The notes beneath the pieces are model-generated. The model saw nothing but the letters and a program-made list of their open reading frames with translations, did no database searches and had not been told where the DNA came from. A program made the translations under genes and the position numbers. Below are positions 33,953 through 41,446 of a stretch of DNA of 41,446 nt, in pieces. Each line of letters begins with the position of its first letter. The first letter of the stretch is position 1. The DNA comes from an uncultured Pirellulales bacterium (lineage in GTDB: Bacteria > Planctomycetota > Phycisphaerae > Sedimentisphaerales > SM23-30): NCBI GenBank assembly GCA_964578395.1, contig CAZOCV010000002.1, positions 1 to 41,446 on the forward strand, in the 5' to 3' direction.

Positions 33953-35190
33953 GCCTGGCCGATGATATCAAATGATTTGGCGTTCAGCCGCCGCACCATA
34001 TTGCGGCAATCCACCCAGAAGGGCTTGAGATCGCCGAGTATAAACACATCGTCTTTTGTCCACGGTCCACAGTTAAAGAGAAAACGAGCCGCCGCCGAAA
34101 TACGACCGGGCCGTTTTTGGCCGGGCGGCAGTTCGTCGCCGCGCATAATGCCGATCATCCAGTTGGCGTCGCCGCCGAGAATGCGGGTGCGCAGGCCCAG
34201 TTGATACGGCGCGGGCCGCATTTTATCAGGCTCGAACCAGCTTTGCCAAAGCAGAAACGGCGCGGGGAAACCCGCCATAATCACCGTGGGCAAACCGCCG
34301 ATAAAACGCGGATTGATTTCCAGAAAGATGTAGCGATTGGCAGCGGTGTCATAGTGAAACTGCACCCCGGCGATGCCTTCCCAGCTAATGGCCTCCAGCA
34401 GGCGAACCGCATTGTTTATCAGTTGTTCGTGGCGGCAGGACACCCGCTGCACCGTAACGCCGCCGGCCAGAGGCATGTGATGCTCGCCGATGTATTCACC
34501 GACCATAAAGGGACGGCCGCGGTGCATGAGGATTTGAACGTGATCTTCAACGCCGGGATGATATTCCTGCACCACGACGTTGTCCGCGACGGCGGCAACC
34601 TGCTCATGCAGCGTGCGGAGTTGATTTTTATCGAGGGCATAAGCGGCTTTCCAGGGCGCCCATTGGGTGGATTTATCATTTTGCCGTGAAGTGCGCAGCA
34701 CCAGCGGGAAACGCAGGCTTTCACCGCCTTCGGCGATGAGTTTGTCCAGCGTCGTGCCGCGGGCAACCGGAATAGACAATTCGCGGCAGAGAGACTGCAT
34801 GAAATCTTTATTGGTGGCCTTCTCGAAAGGTTCTCGCTGAGGAGAAAACAGATGAATATCCGGCTCGAAACGTTCGCGGTGGGCGATAAGGGTGCTGTGA
34901 TAACCTTCGGAAATGGGCATGATGGACCCGACATCCAGTTCACAGGCCAGGATGCGCAGTTCATCGACCAGATCCTCCGCCGAAGCGTTTGGCGTGAGCA
35001 TCCAGGCGCCGGCGGCATATCGACTATGTGCTGACAGGCCCTGGGGGCTGCGGCATACGGCATACACCTCCAGGCCGCAGCGGCTCAGGCAGCGCACCAT
35101 CCATAATCCCACCTGTGTATCGCCGCAAAGAGCTAACACACGATGAGAACGGGGTTTGCGGGTGGGAGGAGGTTGTTTAAGACACTTCAT
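33949..35190 (-). CDS. ATP-grasp enzyme (carboxylate-amine ligase type)
   Basis: VVQEYHPG and FLEINPRFIGG ATP-grasp hallmarks. N-terminal pre-ATP-grasp Rossmann-like RVLALCGD. 4-nt overlap with the next gene. Confidence 0.7.
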   Translation of the reverse strand: MKCLKQPPPTRKPRSHRVLALCGDTQVGLWMVRCLSRCGLEVYAVCRSPQGLSAHSRYAAGAWMLTPNASAEDLVDELRILACELDVGSIMPISEGYHSTLIAHRERFEPDIHLFSPQREPFEKATNKDFMQSLCRELSIPVARGTTLDKLIAEGGESLRFPLVLRTSRQNDKSTQWAPWKAAYALDKNQLRTLHEQVAAVADNVVVQEYHPGVEDHVQILMHRGRPFMVGEYIGEHHMPLAGGVTVQRVSCRHEQLINNAVRLLEAISWEGIAGVQFHYDTAANRYIFLEINPRFIGGLPTVIMAGFPAPFLLWQSWFEPDKMRPAPYQLGLRTRILGGDANWMIGIMRGDELPPGQKRPGRISAAARFLFNCGPWTKDDVFILGDLKPFWVDCRNMVRRLNAKSFDIIGQA

Positions 35191-35228
35191 GCGATTTTTT
35201 CTCTTGCCGGATTAATGATTATAGGACG

Positions 35229-36383
35229 TTATACAATTTTCTCGAATATATTATAGACCTGTTGGGCAACCGTGTCCCAGGTTTTTACGGCTTGGGCCGT
35301 AACGCGATAACCGGGTTGTTTTACATCCTCAAGCACCTTTTTCAGCCCGGCCGCCAGGGCATCTGCATCGCGCGGCGGGATAATTTGCCCGTCCTGAGGT
35401 ACGGCCATCAAATCCGCAACCGCACCCACGCGCGTAGCCACAACGGGTGTGCCGCAGGCAAGACTTTCCAGCACCACATTGGGGCAGCCTTCCCGATAGG
35501 AAGCCAGCACGCTGACATCGGCGGCGCTGAAGTACAGGGGAATTTTATCATAAGGCTGACAGCCGGCGAATATCACGCGCTGACGAATGCCCCATGAGAC
35601 ACATAACTGTTCCAGTTCGCGGCTATAACCGCGGACGGCTTCACCGCCGATAAGGACCAGATGAACATCCTTATCCAGTTGCTGCATAGCGCGAACCAGT
35701 TCGCCTTGTCCTTTGGTGGGCTTGAGATGAGCAATGGCGGCGACGAGCGGCTTGTCCAGGAGCAAGCCCAATTGTTTGCGTGTGTCGATTTTGTCACGGG
35801 ACGTGAATCGCTGCGTATCAACGCCGTTAGGAATGACAAACAGGCGTTCGTGGGGCACGCCCAGTTTGTGGGCCTCGTCGGCCATCGGTGAGGATACGCT
35901 GATGACGGCGGCGGCGCCGATAAGAGCTTCAGCACATTGGCGGCGCTGCGAAGGCACTTCCAGACAGGGGTAGATTTTGCCCCGCAACGTAATTGTATAG
36001 GGAATGCTGAGTTGGCGGGCCAGATGCGCTACGCCGACGCCGTCGGGCCAAACGAAATGGGCGTCGAGAATATCCGGCCGCCACTGTCGGCAAAGGTGTT
36101 TCAGCCAGCGGGCCAATCCCCGGCCATAAAACCAGCCGTCCAGCGATTTAAACACCGCGGGAATATAGAAAAACCGGGGACGGTGCACCGTAAGGCCGCG
36201 CCAGATTTCTTTTTCCGGCAAACTTTTGCCCCCACGTCGGGAAAGCAGCGGAAACCAGGGTATGGGCGAAACCGCCTGCAGCTCCGCCCGGCGGCTTAAC
36301 GCCGCCAAACGCTGTTCGACAAAAACGCCCCACGTCGGCTGAAGAGCGTTGGGAAAACAATAACTTAATGATAAAACCTTCAT
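35229..36383 (-). CDS. glycosyltransferase family 4 (GT-B)
   Basis: C-terminal EGCPNVVLESLACGTPVVATRVG (E-x7-E region). 384 aa. Confidence 0.88.
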   Translation of the reverse strand: MKVLSLSYCFPNALQPTWGVFVEQRLAALSRRAELQAVSPIPWFPLLSRRGGKSLPEKEIWRGLTVHRPRFFYIPAVFKSLDGWFYGRGLARWLKHLCRQWRPDILDAHFVWPDGVGVAHLARQLSIPYTITLRGKIYPCLEVPSQRRQCAEALIGAAAVISVSSPMADEAHKLGVPHERLFVIPNGVDTQRFTSRDKIDTRKQLGLLLDKPLVAAIAHLKPTKGQGELVRAMQQLDKDVHLVLIGGEAVRGYSRELEQLCVSWGIRQRVIFAGCQPYDKIPLYFSAADVSVLASYREGCPNVVLESLACGTPVVATRVGAVADLMAVPQDGQIIPPRDADALAAGLKKVLEDVKQPGYRVTAQAVKTWDTVAQQVYNIFEKIV

Positions 36384-36390
36384 ATCTTAT

Positions 36391-37485
36391 TTACGCCGTC
36401 AGCGTTTGAAAAACCTTTATATAACCATCGACCATAACATCAACGCTGTAATTTTTCAGGGCGGCGGCTCGCGCTGCAGCGCCGAGACGGCGGCGACGTT
36501 CACCGTCGGCCAATAAGGCGTTCATCGCGTCACGAAGTTGTTCGACATTTTCGGAATCGACCAGCACACCGGTTTCCGGGCTAATCACCTGCGGTAATCC
36601 GCCGACCCTCGTGGCGATTACCGGCAAACCCGCCATCATCGCTTCCAGCACCACCATAGGCAGACCTTCGCTGCGGCTGGACAAAACAAAAACATCCGCG
36701 GCGGAATACAGCGCGGCGGTATCGGAGCGAAATCCCAGCAAGCGAACCCGCTCGCCCGCCAGAGGTTGCTCCTGGCGCAGCATTCGTCCGTACGCATCAT
36801 CCTGAATCTGGCCTGCGATCATAACGACGGCCGGACTTCCGACACCAGCGGCGGCGCGTATGAGCAATTCAAACCCTTTTTCGGGACGGGCGTTGCCCAC
36901 CGCCAGAAAGACGATGGTTCCGGGATCAATGCCGAGTTCGCGGCGAGTTTTTTCCCGCCGTGCGGGATCGGGAGATATATCGGGCACTCCATTGGGAATA
37001 ATCGTAATCTCGCGCGTCCAGCCCAAATGGCGGCGATGTTTTGTTGCGGCTTCCTCGGCCACCGCCGTCATGGCGGCCAGACCCGGCCGAATCCAGCGGT
37101 AGCGAAACGGCGGACGCTGGCTTTGTCCGAATAGCAGGCCGTGACCGGTATAAACCACGGGTGTGCGCCGTGCGAAATTAGCCGCCGCCACATAGGGCAG
37201 TGATGCGCGATCATGTACATTGATGACGTCAGGATGCCATTTATGCAGCAGCCGCCTCAATTTATAAAGCAAAAATAAATCATAGCCGCGCTGGGAGCCA
37301 AGCGATTCGACCGGTACGGGAACGGTTTTTAATTGTTCCGCCAGCGGGCCGGGGTGGCGGGTGCAGATTACCAGAGTTTCAATGCCTCGGCGGTGCAAGC
37401 CCTCCGCCAGATGAACAACAACGCGCTCGCCGCCGCCCGGCTGCAGTTCCGTTATCACCAGAACAGCTCGACGAAGAACACGCAT
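36391..37485 (-). CDS. glycosyltransferase family 4 (GT-B)
   Basis: VLVITELQPGGGERVV N-terminus and EGLPMVVLEAMMAGLPVIATRVGG. ATG at 37485 chosen. Confidence 0.88.
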   Translation of the reverse strand: MRVLRRAVLVITELQPGGGERVVVHLAEGLHRRGIETLVICTRHPGPLAEQLKTVPVPVESLGSQRGYDLFLLYKLRRLLHKWHPDVINVHDRASLPYVAAANFARRTPVVYTGHGLLFGQSQRPPFRYRWIRPGLAAMTAVAEEAATKHRRHLGWTREITIIPNGVPDISPDPARREKTRRELGIDPGTIVFLAVGNARPEKGFELLIRAAAGVGSPAVVMIAGQIQDDAYGRMLRQEQPLAGERVRLLGFRSDTAALYSAADVFVLSSRSEGLPMVVLEAMMAGLPVIATRVGGLPQVISPETGVLVDSENVEQLRDAMNALLADGERRRRLGAAARAAALKNYSVDVMVDGYIKVFQTLTA

Positions 37486-37526
37486 GACGGCTCCTGTAAT
37501 ATCTAACGCGGATATGCCGCGCATCA

Positions 37527-38912
37527 TTATGAGTTCGGCGCGCGATGCAGCGCAGTTTTCTTTTTCGGCATTATTTTTTTGGGTTTTTCAGCCCGAACCG
37601 ATTCCGCCAGTTTGGCCTCATTTTCATCCCGCGCCAGATTTCCCGCCGCGCGATGCAGGCATACCGGGATAATTAAAAACCACCAGGGCCATTCCACATA
37701 CAGCAGCGAAATGGTGAGATTGCACCCGATGAGGGTAAACAGCGACACCGCGGCGCCATAGGCCGGCAAAGATTCCTTCAGCCAGCGCGACGCTTCATAA
37801 TCCTTGGTCTGTTTGATTCTTTGCCGCATCAATCGGATGGCGGCGAGATAGATGAGGACATAAACGACAATTCCCTGAACGCCCAGTTCCGCGGCGCAGC
37901 GCACAAAAGCGTTATGGGCGTCGCGTCCGGCCAGAGCCGGGTTATAGTGGCCAATATATTGATAAAAATTTCCCGGACCGACGCCGAGGGGATGGTCCTT
38001 GAGCATTTTCGCGGACGCTTTCCAAAGTTCCACACGGCTTTGTGCGGACGTATCCCGACTTTCATCGTCACGGGTAATGGTGCTCATCCGCTGGCGATAT
38101 TGCGGATCCGTCAGCAAAAACCAGCCAATCCCCAGCGCTATCATCAACACAATGATTTTCAGTCGATAGCGCGGCGGCGACAAGAACAGGGCAATTAATC
38201 CGCCGATACCGGCGCCGAGCAAGGCGCCGCGGCTGCGCGTCAATATCACGGCGTTAACGCCGAAAGCGCCCGACACCAGAATAAACAGCTTACCGAGCCA
38301 GCCGGTCCGTAAAAACTGGGCGCCTAAAATCGGCAACGCCACCACCAGAAATGCCGCCAGATAGTTTGATTCGGAAAAATCCGGCCCGCCAATGGTGTTG
38401 AGGCGGCCTCCCGAAAATGCGCTGCGCGGCGTATCCCAGGCCTGCAATCCCAGAAATAATACTCCCAGGGCCAGCGCCCACACCAGATAATCGTAACGCT
38501 TCAGGGAGGTGATGATGTGGCTCATGAGAAAAATAAAAATAACGACTTTCGTCAATTTCAGCTCCGGAGGGTCAACCGTTGTGTAACGGCCCACGGTTTG
38601 GGCGCTTATCTGCGCGGTCAGCCAGGTTAACCCCAGAAATACTAAAATTATTTTTTCACTTTTTTGCAGAAAAGCGCCGCTGAAATCGCGGCGCAGCTTG
38701 CCCCAATTCAATAAACAGCCGACAGCGGTCGCCAGCGCCAGCGTATAGGAATAGCGAATGTCCAGCTGGTTCACCGATGACGCCCACCACTGTCGTTCGG
38801 GTCCCAGGCAATAATGCAGCATGTATCCCAGAACCCCCGTCATAGGCAAGAAAATAGCGCCGCCCGCCGCTATGACAAACCCGATTACGAATAAAATTGT
38901 TTTTATAGCCAT
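37527..38912 (-). CDS. O-antigen ligase / Wzy-like polymerase family membrane protein
   Basis: About 11 TM segments. TRSRGALLGAGIGGLIALFL and a large loop with HNAFVRCAAELG are typical of the Wzy_C family. Basic C-terminal tail. Confidence 0.8.
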   Translation of the reverse strand: MAIKTILFVIGFVIAAGGAIFLPMTGVLGYMLHYCLGPERQWWASSVNQLDIRYSYTLALATAVGCLLNWGKLRRDFSGAFLQKSEKIILVFLGLTWLTAQISAQTVGRYTTVDPPELKLTKVVIFIFLMSHIITSLKRYDYLVWALALGVLFLGLQAWDTPRSAFSGGRLNTIGGPDFSESNYLAAFLVVALPILGAQFLRTGWLGKLFILVSGAFGVNAVILTRSRGALLGAGIGGLIALFLSPPRYRLKIIVLMIALGIGWFLLTDPQYRQRMSTITRDDESRDTSAQSRVELWKASAKMLKDHPLGVGPGNFYQYIGHYNPALAGRDAHNAFVRCAAELGVQGIVVYVLIYLAAIRLMRQRIKQTKDYEASRWLKESLPAYGAAVSLFTLIGCNLTISLLYVEWPWWFLIIPVCLHRAAGNLARDENEAKLAESVRAEKPKKIMPKKKTALHRAPNS

Positions 38913-38985
38913 GATATTTCAAATGCTGAACATTTTCGATTCATTGTCCCAATAAGCTGCCGTTAACTTTTACGAATACCTTATC

Positions 38986-40260
38986 TTATGACGTTTTGAT
39001 TAATTTTTCCAGTTCCCGTACTTCACATTCCATACGTTCGCGCCAACTCCAGAAGGTCGCCGCTGTTTCTTTTTGAGCCGACCCCAGACGCTGCCGCAAC
39101 TGGGAATCCCGGCATAATTTTTCCAGAAAACCTCCCAGGGCCTCAACATCATCGGCGGCCGCCAAAAGGGCGTTGTGATCATGAATCAGCAAATCCTGCG
39201 TGGAGCGGTCCCGTATGGACACCACCGGTAAATTGGCGTAAATAGCTTCGTACAGAGGATTGCAGCGATTGGTCACATCATTAGTAATCATGAAAATATC
39301 ACACACATGCATCAATGCCCAGATGCGTTCGTGCTCCATGGCGCCCAGCCAGACAATCGCCGGCGCAACGCCCAGCGTATCGGCCAGTTTTTTCAGTGCG
39401 TCACGTTCCGGCCCGTCGCCGGCAACCAGTAATTGAACGTCGCCGCCGGCAGCGCGGCATATCTGTACGGCCTTGAGCATGCGATCCAGGCGTTTCCAGT
39501 AGCTCAGCCGTGAGCAACTGCACACCCAGACGCTATCCGTGCGCAGATTCGTCGGCGCCAGAGTAAGAAAATTTTCCCACGTCATCTGTACAGGCGCCCG
39601 GGGCGGATCGATTCCGTTTTGCCAGAACCGGAATCGCCGGGGTTCGATTTTCAATTTTTCCGCCACCTCGTCGCCGCGCGTGCCGTCGTTGCCGCAAATC
39701 AGCAGACGGCTGGGAACCAGATACCCGGCCGCCGCCGTCGGATACCGCAGCCACACCAGCGGACGATTCATCAAATCCGCCAGAAACGTGCCGTACAGCC
39801 GGGTGACATTCGGCACACGAAACAGGACCCGCAAAATCAGCCCTGCCAGGGCGGTGTATTGATTGTGGGCATAGACCAGATCGAACTTTTTTCTGGTTCG
39901 CCGCCGCACGCGAAGTGCCGCCAGAACCAGACTGACCGTCAACAGTACAAAAATCGTCATATTAAGCACCCAGCGCACCGGAAAGGCCAGCTCATTGGAG
40001 CCGCCGGCGGGTTTGGCGAACCGGCGAATTTCTTTGACCGCCGCCAGCCAGCGGCACGGGGCGAAAAACACCTCGTATTCCGTGCCCGGCGGAATTTCAA
40101 TACGATCCTGCTCCGCACCAAAAAGATCATACTGCGGTAAAATCACCGTAATCTCATGCCCGCCCCGCCGGTGTCCTTCCAGCGTCTCGTACAATGACGG
40201 CATCCCCCCTTTGCCCTTAATCGGCCAGATGGATAACGCGGAAATATGCAGAATATTCAT
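38986..40260 (-). CDS. glycosyltransferase family 4 with an inserted hydrophobic segment
   Basis: MNILHISALS...GGMPSLYETLEGHRRGGHEITV N-terminus and a GT-B C-terminal half. Internal WVLNMTIFVLLTVSLVLAAL followed by RVRRRTRKK. Confidence 0.8.
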   Translation of the reverse strand: MNILHISALSIWPIKGKGGMPSLYETLEGHRRGGHEITVILPQYDLFGAEQDRIEIPPGTEYEVFFAPCRWLAAVKEIRRFAKPAGGSNELAFPVRWVLNMTIFVLLTVSLVLAALRVRRRTRKKFDLVYAHNQYTALAGLILRVLFRVPNVTRLYGTFLADLMNRPLVWLRYPTAAAGYLVPSRLLICGNDGTRGDEVAEKLKIEPRRFRFWQNGIDPPRAPVQMTWENFLTLAPTNLRTDSVWVCSCSRLSYWKRLDRMLKAVQICRAAGGDVQLLVAGDGPERDALKKLADTLGVAPAIVWLGAMEHERIWALMHVCDIFMITNDVTNRCNPLYEAIYANLPVVSIRDRSTQDLLIHDHNALLAAADDVEALGGFLEKLCRDSQLRQRLGSAQKETAATFWSWRERMECEVRELEKLIKTS

Positions 40261-40291
40261 ATATTCTTTATCGTATGATTTGGCATTATTA

Positions 40292-41446
40292 TTAACTCCC
40301 GAAATAAATTTCCCGGTATTTCCTGATTCGCCGAGTCCAATTATTTTTATGTTGCCATAATTTCCTGCGAAACGACGGGGTTCCCGGCGCGTATATGACT
40401 TCGCCCACCTCTGTTAGCCGGGGCAAGCTCAAAGGGGCACCGATTTTTATCTGATCTATGGGAATACCCGAACCGCCACAATCAGAAAAGTCAACCAGCC
40501 GCCAGGACCCATCCGGCATATGGATGCTTGCCGCCGGCCTATCCGTGTGCAAATCCTGCCCGGCGGGAAAACGGCAAATCAAACTTTGCCGCTTTGTATC
40601 AAAAAAAGGCTCAAAGGCAAACTGGCTTTTTCGATGCCACCAGGATGCCAACTGTCCCATTTGGCCGGTCCATATATTGGGAAAAGACATGGCTTGTTCA
40701 TATATGAAACGCACCAGTGCCGGAGTGCTTCCCAGCCGGCCGGACATATCAGGGTGGCCATACAGATTCATGGGTTCTCCGGCAGCATATTTTTTAGCTA
40801 TTAGTTCGGCAAAGAAACTACGAGTAACCGGGCCGTCCAGTTCTATGTTGAATTTGGGTAAAAAATCTCCTACACAATGAAAAGGTATCTCCAGAACGGG
40901 GTTTATTCGCCCATTAACAACAGGATAATAAGGAAGATGGTCGTAACCCAGGCCAAAACAACTGGCGTAGCGGTAGCCCCGTTTTTCCAAAAGTGTATGC
41001 AATGATGGGTGCCAGAAATAGGCAGGCACCACCAAGCCGGAGGTTTTCACGCCCAGAGACGCAAGAAAATGTTCTGCTTTTTCCAGATTTCGGTTATTGG
41101 TCCAGCCTTCGGAAAATACATAGTGGCAATGGGTGTGGCTCTGAATTTCAATTCCGGCGTCAATCAGGGATTTAATGATTTCAGGATTTTTCTGATATAA
41201 CGACGTGCAGACAAACAGGGTAACACTACCGGCAAACGGCCGAACCGTGTCCAGATAACAACGAAGATTTTCGACCGGGCCGCCGTCCATATCTCCGCGA
41301 AAACAAAAAACCGAACGGGATTGGCCCGGCCAGTACCATTTATGGACCAGCGGCAGGCCCCGCTCGAAAAACGCCCGGCGGAGAACATCAAGGACCAGAC
41401 GGCGGAGGTTTTTTTTGACCACACGCGCCAGCCGCTCCCATACCAC
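40292..41446 (-). CDS. polysaccharide deacetylase-like protein (CE4-related) with an extra C-terminal domain; the 5' end may lie outside the window
   Basis: FCFRGDMDGG (motif 1-like) and QSHTHCH (H-S/T-x-x-H motif 2-like). The ORF reaches the window edge (GTG at 41446). Confidence 0.6.
   Translation of the reverse strand: MVWERLARVVKKNLRRLVLDVLRRAFFERGLPLVHKWYWPGQSRSVFCFRGDMDGGPVENLRCYLDTVRPFAGSVTLFVCTSLYQKNPEIIKSLIDAGIEIQSHTHCHYVFSEGWTNNRNLEKAEHFLASLGVKTSGLVVPAYFWHPSLHTLLEKRGYRYASCFGLGYDHLPYYPVVNGRINPVLEIPFHCVGDFLPKFNIELDGPVTRSFFAELIAKKYAAGEPMNLYGHPDMSGRLGSTPALVRFIYEQAMSFPNIWTGQMGQLASWWHRKSQFAFEPFFDTKRQSLICRFPAGQDLHTDRPAASIHMPDGSWRLVDFSDCGGSGIPIDQIKIGAPLSLPRLTEVGEVIYAPGTPSFRRKLWQHKNNWTRRIRKYREIYFGS

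Noticed and set aside
1-41446. Mobile genetic element, prophage or defence island interpretation of the window
   Set aside because: I recognised no integrase, transposase, recombinase, phage structural, toxin-antitoxin or known defence gene signatures. Housekeeping genes (cmk, ispH, kdsA, proS, arfB) are interspersed throughout.

Overview
All calls are from reading the sequence and ORF translations and from motif recall; no database search was run.

The window is gene-dense and GC-rich by eye. It holds about 37 CDS and looks like ordinary chromosome, not a mobile island. I found no rRNA, tRNA, CRISPR array, transposase, integrase or phage genes.

Gene content in order:
- 1-579: truncated DNA methyltransferase.
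- 715-2911: cmk-plsC-ispH operon.
- 2974-4191: Cys/His-rich metal-efflux-type permease.
- 4379-6813: MBOAT plus SGNH-like acylation pair.
- 6855-10588: fprA-hypC-hypD-hypE block.
- 10716-13710: ABC exporter with an extra N-terminal domain, plus a DUF1854-like protein.
- 13797-15275: Tat-signal Cys-type sulfatase.
- 15371-16507: kdsA plus a small ACT-like protein.
- 16696-20335: trans-sulfuration PLP enzyme, GT9, BNR_4-like lipoprotein.
- 20341-23208: minus-strand string of CE7 esterase, AT-rich orphan, arfB, lipid kinase.
- 23500-28703: proS, DUF4416, WecA/MraY-family transferase, NhaD/ArsB-type permease.
- 28879-31503: UDP-sugar pyrophosphorylase, DUF362.
- 31531-41446: one-strand glycan operon of about 10 kb, in transcription order: CE4-like, GT4, Wzy/O-antigen-ligase-like, GT4, GT4, ATP-grasp, CE4-like, CapK/PaaK-like.

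Sulfatase, BNR_4, CE7, hyp genes and a flavodiiron protein suggest an anaerobic glycan-degrading PVC-type bacterium, such as Phycisphaerae or Kiritimatiellota. That placement is low confidence.

I do not see a clear-cut new system such as a defence island. The best candidates for undescribed biology are:
1. The ATP-grasp / CE4-like / CapK-like tailoring trio inside the glycan operon.
2. The ABC exporter plus DUF1854 pair.
3. The fprA-hypCDE block, which carries a 147-bp imperfect palindrome between hypC and hypD.
4. A family of short intergenic word repeats and a GC-rich mini-palindrome, one copy of which lies in frame inside a permease loop.
5. An AT-rich orphan ORF overlapping arfB.
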